NCBI GenBank assembly: GCA_021789975.1
Contig: JAJYIT010000007.1
Location: 59,444 to 123,443 of the forward strand
Reading direction: 5' to 3'
Source of the DNA: Bacteroidota bacterium
GTDB taxonomy: Bacteria; Bacteroidota; Ignavibacteria; Kryptoniales; JAKASW01
Length of the DNA stretch: 64,000 nt
Both the position numbers and the translations under genes were made by a program. This document shows positions 8,653 to 16,897 of the stretch, in pieces. The notes beneath the pieces are model-generated. The model searched no databases, was not told the origin of the DNA, and saw only the letters and a list, made by a program, of their open reading frames with translations. The stretch's first letter is position 1. Each line of letters opens with the position of its first letter.

Positions 8653-10587
8653 TTACGCGGCCCTGGTCGTCCTAGAATTGTCGAGGTAAGCCGGTACCGT
8701 CCCCGAGGCGCTGTGCTCCACGCCGACCAGGTCAAATTTCATTTCCGACTGTTTGATAGGTATATCGTACTCGGCAGCGATTTTCTTGATCCTGTCGAGG
8801 ACTAGAGAGTTCATCTCCTGACAGGCAACTACGATTTCACCGACATCCATTTTCCGCAGAAGCCTTTCAAGTTTCCAGTGGCTGCCAAATATCGGATAGC
8901 CGTCCAGGTATTTGCCCTCAAGCCGGGGATTGTCATCCAGGAAACCCGCCGGGACAATGCCTCGGCTGTTTCCTTGCGCGAGAAGAGACTGCAGCGTGAT
9001 GAGTCCATTGCGGTCGGCTCCGTAGATAATCGACCTCTTCCCCTCGATAGTCTCTCTACGGAAAACGTAGTTCAACGCAGGGAATATGACGCGGGAACCT
9101 GCGACAAGAGTTGTGAGAAAATAGAAATCAAGAGGTACGAAGAGGCTGATCCGGCTCTCGCTCGGGAAAGGAGGAAGAATTGTGAAGGCAATTCCGGTAG
9201 CGAGCGCGCCGCCGAAAGTCGATTTGAGAATCTGCAATATGTCCCCAAATCCGAGCAGGCTGACCGTCCGCTTGTATAAGCCGCCGACCAGAAAGGCGAG
9301 GAGCTGAATTGTCGAGACCAGGACAAAGGCAAACGCCCAGTATCTCCACATGTCGGGGGCTAACCGTCCAGGCGCCGCGACCAACTGGGCAAGGATGAAC
9401 GCGGCAAACACAGAAACCGTATCGAGCACGATTTGAGGTATGGCGGATTTTAGAAACGTCCGCGAATAAACCCTGAGCAGAAGTCCGTTTCTGATAAAGG
9501 CCATCTCCCGGTATCCGAGTTTCCCAACACCGAACTCAGCCACGAGCGCCACTCCCACAAGCAGCAATGACGTACTCAGGCTTCCGGCGGTCACGAGAAA
9601 TGCACCGATTCCGAAGGCAACCGATACCAGGTAGAGTACGATGACTGCATCCCTATGAGAGAGACCCGTTGCCATCAGTTGATGGTGGATATGTCTCTTG
9701 TCAGGGACAAACATAGATCGAATTTTCTCAGTGGAAGACGGCGCCGATGATTTATTTGTCAGGAACGAGCCGAGCACGCGCCTGATCATCGCGAGGATCG
9801 TATCCATTATCGGGACTCCGAGCACTAGAATCGGAACGATCAATGAGAAGGCTGTTGAACCTTTTGTAGAACTCTCGATTGATAGAATTGCGAGCGTGAA
9901 TCCCAGGAAGAGGCTCCCGGAATCGCCGAGGAAGATCTTTGCGGGGTTGAAATTGTATCTAAGGAAACCAAACACCGCTCCCACCAACGCGAGCGAAACG
10001 GCGGCAGTCTGCACGTCGTCGTGGAAAATCGAAATTGCCGCGATGCTGAGTCCGGCTATCAGGGAAATGCCTGAGGCAAGTCCGTCGAGTCCATCTATCA
10101 GGTTGAACGCGTTGGTGATCCCTACGACCCAGAGCACCGTCAAAGGAAGCGCAAAGACCCCTAAATTGAGCAACCCCCCTCCAAAGGGATTCGTTATCTC
10201 GGAAATGCGGAATCCAGCCGCATAAACTAAAGCCCCTGCCAGCAATTGCACGAGGAACTTGCTTCCCGCTTTGAGCTGCCAAACATCGTCACAGACACCG
10301 AGTGTCAGTATGAGAACAAATGAAGCTGCCACCATCAGCCAGTTCCCCCTGGTGACTACTTCTGCCAAATCAAGATGAGGAAATAGAAAATGTGAAATCA
10401 TAAGCGTGACACCAAAACTAACGAAGGTAGCGACACCGCCCAGTCTCGGCATTAGTCGCTTGTGTATCTTCCTTTCTTCAGGCTTGTCGACCGCTCCAAT
10501 GGCGAATGCGACACGCATGACGAGCGGCGTCAGCGCCAGAGAAAGCAGAGTCGCAATCAGAAAACTCAGACAAAAGATAACCGCCAT
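8653..10587 (-). CDS. wecA: WecA/TagO-type undecaprenyl-phosphate HexNAc-1-P transferase (MraY/Glycos_transf_4) fused to a 4-TM + Rossmann (CoA_binding_3-like) domain
   Basis: MPRLGG, GVCDD, NAFNLIDGLDGLA, NFNPAKIFLGDSGS, DKRHIHH; C-terminal IIYGADRNG and GFLDDNP...G.PI.G. Confidence 0.85.
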   Translation of the reverse strand: MAVIFCLSFLIATLLSLALTPLVMRVAFAIGAVDKPEERKIHKRLMPRLGGVATFVSFGVTLMISHFLFPHLDLAEVVTRGNWLMVAASFVLILTLGVCDDVWQLKAGSKFLVQLLAGALVYAAGFRISEITNPFGGGLLNLGVFALPLTVLWVVGITNAFNLIDGLDGLASGISLIAGLSIAAISIFHDDVQTAAVSLALVGAVFGFLRYNFNPAKIFLGDSGSLFLGFTLAILSIESSTKGSTAFSLIVPILVLGVPIMDTILAMIRRVLGSFLTNKSSAPSSTEKIRSMFVPDKRHIHHQLMATGLSHRDAVIVLYLVSVAFGIGAFLVTAGSLSTSLLLVGVALVAEFGVGKLGYREMAFIRNGLLLRVYSRTFLKSAIPQIVLDTVSVFAAFILAQLVAAPGRLAPDMWRYWAFAFVLVSTIQLLAFLVGGLYKRTVSLLGFGDILQILKSTFGGALATGIAFTILPPFPSESRISLFVPLDFYFLTTLVAGSRVIFPALNYVFRRETIEGKRSIIYGADRNGLITLQSLLAQGNSRGIVPAGFLDDNPRLEGKYLDGYPIFGSHWKLERLLRKMDVGEIVVACQEMNSLVLDRIKKIAAEYDIPIKQSEMKFDLVGVEHSASGTVPAYLDNSRTTRAA

Positions 10588-10694
10588 ATAATCTCCTCAC
10601 TTCTCCTTGGTCAACGTATGGTTGCATAAATCATGTTCGGTGTAACTGACGCATCTCTCAAAATTCCGGAGGATTTCCCTTGCCATAATGCTCT

Positions 10695-11612
10695 TTATAA
10701 TTGACTCGACAATGTTAACTGCATGTACATCGCGGTGCTGCTTCCCGTTCTAACCGGGTACATTGCAGCATCCACCTGTATCGGTTCTAAATGCACTCCT
10801 AATCCGAATGTGGGTTCGTTAAGACCGCTACCGGCCACATAGCCAAACCTCACTGCCAATATCTTAATAGGGAGTAGCTCTATTCCTCCCCTGAAAATAT
10901 TGACAGATGGTTTGAAGAGTTTTTCACTCGACATTGCGATGACCAGAAAAGGCGACTGCATAGATTCAGCCGCGGGAAATTTCATGGTGGCCCCGATGGT
11001 TATCGTCGTTGGAAGGACTGTCCGAACGGCGCGCACACGATTGTTTATCATGGGGAAGGTAACATCAGAGCCCAATCCGCCGAACGTAAGACCGTAGCTG
11101 AACCCACCCGACGGCACATAGTCCACACCCATTGTGTATGAGGCCGCGGTAGTGCTGTTTATGTTGGATACCGCACCCTGACGAAACGCTATCGCTCCGC
11201 CTGCACTCAGCGTAGGAATTATCGTGTGAGCGTAGGCAATATTATAACCAAGTCCGTAGAGCCTGTAACCACCAAAAGACGCCGACCGGGAAATCTCTCC
11301 GAGGTTGTAAACCTGTGCGCTGACCGCAAGCATCTGGTCCTGACCATACAGGAGGGGAAACGCAAGGTTCTCCTGCATCTCGCGGTAATTACCCTGAGTA
11401 TGATTCAGGGCTACCGATGCGTTTCCCAAAAAAGCAATTGCCGCCGGGTTCTCGTACATCGAAGTGATATCGTGGTATTCGGACATGTTTGCGTTGCCGA
11501 GTGCAGCGTTACGCGCGCCGATGTTTAAGTCAGGAATTACCGATTGCGCCAGAGCAAGCTGAGATGTCACAGCGATTAGCACTCCTGCCGACAGCAGATT
11601 ATTTAAACTCAT
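10695..11612 (-). CDS. PorV/PorQ (UPF0164)-like outer-membrane beta-barrel protein
   Basis: Signal peptide ending ALA-Q; GARNAALGNA...MYENPAAIA N-terminal motif; alternating beta-strand pattern; LAVRFGY, FGLG. Confidence 0.7.
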   Translation of the reverse strand: MSLNNLLSAGVLIAVTSQLALAQSVIPDLNIGARNAALGNANMSEYHDITSMYENPAAIAFLGNASVALNHTQGNYREMQENLAFPLLYGQDQMLAVSAQVYNLGEISRSASFGGYRLYGLGYNIAYAHTIIPTLSAGGAIAFRQGAVSNINSTTAASYTMGVDYVPSGGFSYGLTFGGLGSDVTFPMINNRVRAVRTVLPTTITIGATMKFPAAESMQSPFLVIAMSSEKLFKPSVNIFRGGIELLPIKILAVRFGYVAGSGLNEPTFGLGVHLEPIQVDAAMYPVRTGSSTAMYMQLTLSSQL

Positions 11613-11621
11613 TTCTCTCTC

Positions 11622-12476
11622 TCAACGAATCAGGGTGAAGAATCCGAACATAAGTACAATCTCCGACGCGTAATTGGCGAATGACTGCACAAAATTCTGT
11701 TGCTCAGGGACGAACACTGTATCTCCCGGATAAATGTCGGGGATGGATCGCACGTTGCCGTTACGCAGATATTTTGTCAGGTCGACGTCCAACACATCAC
11801 GATATACTCCACCACGGTAAATCCTTATGTGCCGTAAATCGGCTGTTGGCGTGGTTCCGCCCGCTTCTGCAATGACCTCTATCAGCGATAGATCGTTGAG
11901 TGCCGGGTAGTTTCCCTGCCTGGTAACTGCTCCCATGACGCTAACTCGCTTGTCCATGCCGATGTGAGATATGGTGAGCCTTACATCTCCCTTGACATAT
12001 TCGGACAAGCGCTGCTTCAACTCTTCGCTCAACTGGTGTTCGGTCATCCCCGCTGCTATTACTTCGCCGACTAGAGGAACGGTGATTGTCCCGTAATCTT
12101 TCACGGTGGTTGTCGTGTTGAATTCCGGATAGCCCCATACTGTGATCTGAATTTGATCGCCTGGCTTTATTAAACTCTCTCCTGGGAGCGAATCTGTTGC
12201 CGCGTAGTTCGCAGTATTCACCGCGGGATTAGGTTCCGACGCTGCGTTTTGCTGCTGCGGGCTATACTGGGTTGGCTTCGTCAGTGTCTCTAATGAGCAA
12301 CCTGCCAATGCGACTGCTATCAGCGCGACAGGAAGCAACGACATAACAAACCGCCTGAACGATCGGTTGAAACCTACTTTGGTTTCCCCGGGCTCAATGG
12401 AACGATGCCCCGTGTCAGTAAGCTCTTCTTTTCGCCCTGACTTAACCTGGGCCTGCTGCAACTTCAAATACTTCAA
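11622..12476 (-). CDS. wza: Polysaccharide export lipoprotein (Wza/OPX; Poly_export + SLBB)
   Basis: Lipobox LAGC; IKPGDQIQITVWG, GTITVPLVGEVIAAG, VSVMGAVTRQG, AEAGG, PGDTVFVP; AGGAAGG upstream of the TTG start. Confidence 0.9.
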   Translation of the reverse strand: MKYLKLQQAQVKSGRKEELTDTGHRSIEPGETKVGFNRSFRRFVMSLLPVALIAVALAGCSLETLTKPTQYSPQQQNAASEPNPAVNTANYAATDSLPGESLIKPGDQIQITVWGYPEFNTTTTVKDYGTITVPLVGEVIAAGMTEHQLSEELKQRLSEYVKGDVRLTISHIGMDKRVSVMGAVTRQGNYPALNDLSLIEVIAEAGGTTPTADLRHIRIYRGGVYRDVLDVDLTKYLRNGNVRSIPDIYPGDTVFVPEQQNFVQSFANYASEIVLMFGFFTLIR

Positions 12477-12835
12477 AACTTCCTTCCTTCTAAAGCTTCC
12501 CGCTACAACTTTGCGAACTAAAATTCGGTGCGATTACTTGATCGATAAATTTGTCTCACCTTTTCACCATGATAAGCTCAACCTTCATGCCACGCAGCAG
12601 GATCACAAAAAACATTGGGAAATCCCCAAATATTGGAGGTAAGGTCGCTGATACTCTCTCTCCATAGGAGTTACGAGGGTCCCCCGACTGCTGACTGTGT
12701 ACATAGTAAACAGATACCTCGTTTACACTGGCTACATAGTACACACACGCGCTGATTGGTGTAGAAAGTATACATGAGCCGATAGGGCATTTAGCTCAAA
12801 ATCTGAATATGGAGGGGGGGCACACTTCAAATCTG

Positions 12836-12851
12836 TGGCATAGTCTTTGCG
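12836..12851 (+). promoter_or_regulatory. Putative sigma54 (-24/-12) promoter for the wzc-wzy-wzx operon
   Basis: TGGCATAGTCTTTGCG has GG-N10-GC with TGGCA and TTGC elements, about 25 nt upstream of the ATG at 12877. Confidence 0.6.
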
Positions 12852-12876
12852 CTTTATCTGGAAAAAGGCGAGCAGT

Positions 12877-14232
12877 ATGAAAAATGCGCAGTTTACTATC
12901 GAAGAGTTCCTAGCGGTCCTGAGAAGGCGAAGGGCTTCATTCATTATACCCGCGTTGATTATTATAACCGTCAGCACCATTGGGGCTTTTCTCATAACCC
13001 GACAGTACGTCTCTTCGACAACGATACTTGTCCAGAATGACGCCGTGCTCAATCCGTTCCTGAGTTATACGATGGCGATGAGTATGGAAGGGTCGGATGA
13101 CAAGCTCCGCAACTTCAATGAAATTGTTTACAGCCGTCCAACGATCGAGGCTCTAATCGATAGCCTTGGCATGCGAGCAAGGTTGAAGAACCCGATCGTG
13201 AAAGATATGTTGATCAGCCAGATATCGAAGAACATCAAGACAGACAGAAAGAGTTCGGATTCATTCACTATCTCATACTATGACTCAGTTCCCGCAATGG
13301 CACAGAGGGCTGTTAGGATTCTGTCTGAGCTCTTCATCCAAACAAGATCGAACATAGACAACCGAAAGAATAAGTTTGCTGTAACTTTCTACCAAAAGAA
13401 GCTGGATCAACTGCAGAGCAAATTTGAGAAAAGTCAGAGTGTCCTGGTAACCGCACTGAAGCAGCACGTGAACGAGTTGCCGGAAGATGAAAAGACCCTA
13501 TATACTAATATTAGTGACTACGATAAGCAGGTTAGGGTCATACAGCAGAGGCTCGACAACTACCAGCAGGCGCTTACGATCCTGGACGCTGCCTCCAAGA
13601 CAAAAGCAGGCACCCATATCGACCTAACACAATTGTATCTTATTCCACTGCTGGATGTTCCATATCAATCCGAGCTGCAAAAGGCAGTGTCTAACTATGA
13701 TCAGCTTTCTCAGCAGTACACCCAGCTTTATCCCGATGTTCAGAGTGCGCGCGCAAAGGTTATCCAGTTAATCGGCCTGGTAGCGAACGCAATCAAGGCA
13801 GAACTTGTTAGAAAGCAGGCGGAAATGTGGTCGCTCGAAAAGCTGCGAAACGACGCCATTACCTCGGTTAAGAATGCCGCGGTTGCCAAGAATCAGGACC
13901 AGGATCTTCAGACAAATTTTGGGATTTACAAAGGCTTGTACAATGAAATGAAAGTAAAATTGGAGCAAGCTCAAGCAAGTCAGGATATTGGTGAGAGCGG
14001 TGCCGAGGGGTACGTAGTAATTGACCCCGCTCAACTGCCAACCACGCCAGCCAAGCCAAACCGGGCGCTAATAATCGGCGGAGGCATGGGATTGGGACTC
14101 TTCCTCGGAATACTTGCCGCCGGACTCTCAGAGTTGCTCGATACGCGAATACGCATACCTGAAGATGTTGAAGTTTTTGAAAAGCCGATTATCGCATACT
14201 TACCTGCGCCTAGATCCTCCGACGATAAGTGA
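12877..14232 (+). CDS. Polysaccharide co-polymerase / chain-length determinant (GumC/Wzc transmembrane part)
   Basis: N-terminal TM + YVSSTTILV, long coiled coil, YPDV, VIDPAQLPTTPAKPNR + Gly-rich TM, ELLDTRIRIPEDVE; start set at ATG 12877. Confidence 0.9.
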   Translation: MKNAQFTIEEFLAVLRRRRASFIIPALIIITVSTIGAFLITRQYVSSTTILVQNDAVLNPFLSYTMAMSMEGSDDKLRNFNEIVYSRPTIEALIDSLGMRARLKNPIVKDMLISQISKNIKTDRKSSDSFTISYYDSVPAMAQRAVRILSELFIQTRSNIDNRKNKFAVTFYQKKLDQLQSKFEKSQSVLVTALKQHVNELPEDEKTLYTNISDYDKQVRVIQQRLDNYQQALTILDAASKTKAGTHIDLTQLYLIPLLDVPYQSELQKAVSNYDQLSQQYTQLYPDVQSARAKVIQLIGLVANAIKAELVRKQAEMWSLEKLRNDAITSVKNAAVAKNQDQDLQTNFGIYKGLYNEMKVKLEQAQASQDIGESGAEGYVVIDPAQLPTTPAKPNRALIIGGGMGLGLFLGILAAGLSELLDTRIRIPEDVEVFEKPIIAYLPAPRSSDDK

Positions 14233-14268
14233 AGAATCTTGAAATGAAGAAGGAAAGAGGGTATCGAA

Positions 14269-15042
14269 TTGATAGACAATTCAGGCATCTTTAACCTGAT
14301 GATGAATTCAGAGGCAAAATTTCCGGATGATCAAGGTCGCCCAAAAGACAACGATTCTTTTGCAGGACAGATTAAGGGAAGCGGCAGACAGCCGATCGAG
14401 CTCGTCCGACCAGTTAAAATCAATACGAACCCTGGAGACAGAGTCGATTCCAAGGTTATCCGGTATAATCTTTATAATTCTTTCAACTATTCCCTCTTCC
14501 TGCCTCAGGACTACAGAACTATTAAGTTGAGCCTCGGTATCACGAGTCCAAATAAAGGAGAAGGGAAAACGACGGCGGTATGCAATCTCGCCACGGCAAT
14601 ATCATTAGGCACAGGCAGAAAGACGGTGGTTGTCGATCTCAACCTGAGTAACCCGCGCATACACACCGTATTTGGAATTCCGCAGGGACCCGGACTCGGT
14701 GAAGCTCTCGTCGGCCAGGATATTTGTGTCGCGCCCACTCAAATTGAAAACTTGTTTGCTATGTCTGCGGGCAATTTGAAAGCCATTCCTCCGTCGAGAT
14801 TCCTTACTTTCAGAGAGCTGCTAGCTTCGCTCTTCAAAGAATTTGAGTTTGTTCTCATCGATATGCCTTCCGTGCAATCGAAGGATTTCCCCACATTAAT
14901 CTCAAATCAACTTACAGGCTTGATCGTTGTTGTAAAAGCAAAAAAGACAAAGAGACGGGATGTAAGTAAGTTGTTCAGGCGAGTTCGCCAGGAGACCGTT
15001 CTTGCGTTCGTCATGAATGAGGTGAACGAGAATGACTTATAA
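14269..15042 (+). CDS. CpsD/CapB-family (BY-kinase-like) P-loop ATPase, separate Wzc C-terminal part
   Basis: ITSPNKGEGKTT (Walker A), VVVDLNLSNP (A'), VLIDMPS (B), FVMN; no C-terminal Tyr cluster. Confidence 0.85.
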   Translation: MIDNSGIFNLMMNSEAKFPDDQGRPKDNDSFAGQIKGSGRQPIELVRPVKINTNPGDRVDSKVIRYNLYNSFNYSLFLPQDYRTIKLSLGITSPNKGEGKTTAVCNLATAISLGTGRKTVVVDLNLSNPRIHTVFGIPQGPGLGEALVGQDICVAPTQIENLFAMSAGNLKAIPPSRFLTFRELLASLFKEFEFVLIDMPSVQSKDFPTLISNQLTGLIVVVKAKKTKRRDVSKLFRRVRQETVLAFVMNEVNENDL

Positions 15043-15071
15043 TCACCTTTATTGTCTTAAGGCGTGAAGCT

Positions 15072-15251
15072 ATGCAGCCCCTTCTGAGCTTAATCAGCTT
15101 GATGATCGTGACCATAGTTCTCGGAAAGGGAAACTGGAGCAGCAAGTCTGTCAAGTACGCTATCGTAGTGGTTGTTGCCATGCTGCAAACAATCCTTGTG
15201 CTGATCGGCATGTTCACTATGAAAGCTCCCACTGCCCGGCTTCCATATTAA
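15072..15251 (+). CDS. Small 59-aa two-TM membrane protein (below the ORF-track length cutoff)
   Basis: MQPLLSLISLMIVTIVLGKGNWSSKSVKYAIVVVVAMLQTILVLIGMFTMKAPTARLPY*; fills the gap between the kinase and wzy, same orientation, stops 13 nt before the wzy start. Confidence 0.65.
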   Translation: MQPLLSLISLMIVTIVLGKGNWSSKSVKYAIVVVVAMLQTILVLIGMFTMKAPTARLPY

Positions 15252-15264
15252 AAGACGGGAAAAT

Positions 15265-16833
15265 ATGAGTTTTATAGAAATCAAGAGGGTCATCTCTCTC
15301 CTTAGGAAAATTCAATTTGAAAAGATAGTCTCATATTCTCTCATTGCGCTCGTGTCCCTCGCAGCGTCCTTGATTCTGGTGATGGAAAACGGGAACATCC
15401 GTGCGGCATTCGCGTTTGTAATCGTGCTCGCAGTGGTGCTGATTACTTTTTTCAGGGTGGACTGGGGTTTTTATATATTCTTCGGGATGGTCCTCCTCTT
15501 CGATCAGTTCGGCATACCCGGTTTCGATCCTATCACTTACAATGTCCACTATTTCTGGAACCTCAAGCAGATTCCCTACATACCGCATTTCTCAGCGGGA
15601 GTTATGAACCCGCTCGAGCTCCAGCTATTGCTCCTCTTCATTTCATGGTTCATGGCAGTCAGCTCCCGGAGACGAAACAAAGTTCAAGGAGTATATAACT
15701 GGGGCATTGCACTGATATTTCTGACGGCGGTAGCAGCTTCGCTCGCTTACGGCATGAAAAACGGAGGGGAGTTCCTCAGAGCACTTTGGGAAGTGCGCGC
15801 ATTTTTCTACCTCGGCTTCGTGTTCTTCCTCGTCCCGCAAATAATACAAACTAAAGAACAGATAAGGATCCTTTTATGGATCGCTATTTTTATGATGACC
15901 ATAAAGGCGATCCAAGGGATCCTCCGATATGTGTCGCAGGGATTTAGCTTCGGGATCTACACATGCCTCACGAACCACGAGGATCCGGTCTTTATGAATG
16001 TTCTCTTCATCTTTCTGATAGGCCTGATACTTTATAATCAAAAAAACAGACAGCGGACGGCGATGCTCTGGTTGTTGGTGCCGATGCTTCTGGGATACAT
16101 GGCGGGTCAGAGGCGCGCGGCAGTTGCAGGGTTCATTGTCTCTCTGGGAGCGTTCTTTGTCCTTCTTCCGGGAGAGAAAAGACGCATGCTTCTAAAGGCG
16201 ATGGTTCCGATACTGGGACTCTTCGTGGTTTACAGTGCTGTATTCTGGAACGACTCGGGAAGGCTGGGACTACCCGTACAGATGATCAAATCCGGTATAT
16301 TCGATACCAGCAAGAGTGAATCGGGAGAAAGATACGATTCTAACCTGTATCGAGTAGAAGAAGACTATGATCTTGCGGTCACCATACGTCACTCCGCATT
16401 AAAGGGAATCGGCTTCGGGAATAAGTATGAACAGCCTCTCATTCTCCCACCCATCCCCTTCCCTCTACGTGATTGGATACCCCATAACGAAATACTATGG
16501 GTGATGGTGAAGATGGGCGTGATCGGTTTCTTCGTCTTTGCCCTGTTCATGGATATGGTGGTATTCAAGGGCGTTACCGTCTTTCATGAGATCGACGATC
16601 CGTATTTGAAGGCTGTCTGCGCCGCAGTCATCATTGCTGTCATCAACCAGATGGTGGTTTCATATTTCGATCTCCAGCTGACTTTTTATCGGAACATGAT
16701 ATTCCTGGGCACGCTTGCCGGCTTCCTTCCAACTATCAGTGCTGTGGGTAAGCAAGGAAAGAAAGATGTAGTCACCATAAACCAGAGGCCGATCGAGGAA
16801 GCTGTCGCTGGTGATCCCCGGAGTATGCGATGA
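15265..16833 (+). CDS. O-antigen ligase/polymerase family protein (probable Wzy)
   Basis: Multi-TM; GQRRAA, SNLYR, GIGFGN, PHNEILWVMVKMGVIG (Wzy_C motif). Confidence 0.85.
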   Translation: MSFIEIKRVISLLRKIQFEKIVSYSLIALVSLAASLILVMENGNIRAAFAFVIVLAVVLITFFRVDWGFYIFFGMVLLFDQFGIPGFDPITYNVHYFWNLKQIPYIPHFSAGVMNPLELQLLLLFISWFMAVSSRRRNKVQGVYNWGIALIFLTAVAASLAYGMKNGGEFLRALWEVRAFFYLGFVFFLVPQIIQTKEQIRILLWIAIFMMTIKAIQGILRYVSQGFSFGIYTCLTNHEDPVFMNVLFIFLIGLILYNQKNRQRTAMLWLLVPMLLGYMAGQRRAAVAGFIVSLGAFFVLLPGEKRRMLLKAMVPILGLFVVYSAVFWNDSGRLGLPVQMIKSGIFDTSKSESGERYDSNLYRVEEDYDLAVTIRHSALKGIGFGNKYEQPLILPPIPFPLRDWIPHNEILWVMVKMGVIGFFVFALFMDMVVFKGVTVFHEIDDPYLKAVCAAVIIAVINQMVVSYFDLQLTFYRNMIFLGTLAGFLPTISAVGKQGKKDVVTINQRPIEEAVAGDPRSMR

Positions 16834-16897
16834 GCAGTCAGGATAATGCCTATGACCTCAAGTACGCCTGCGTAACAAGTGCTGTAAGCGATTAGCT

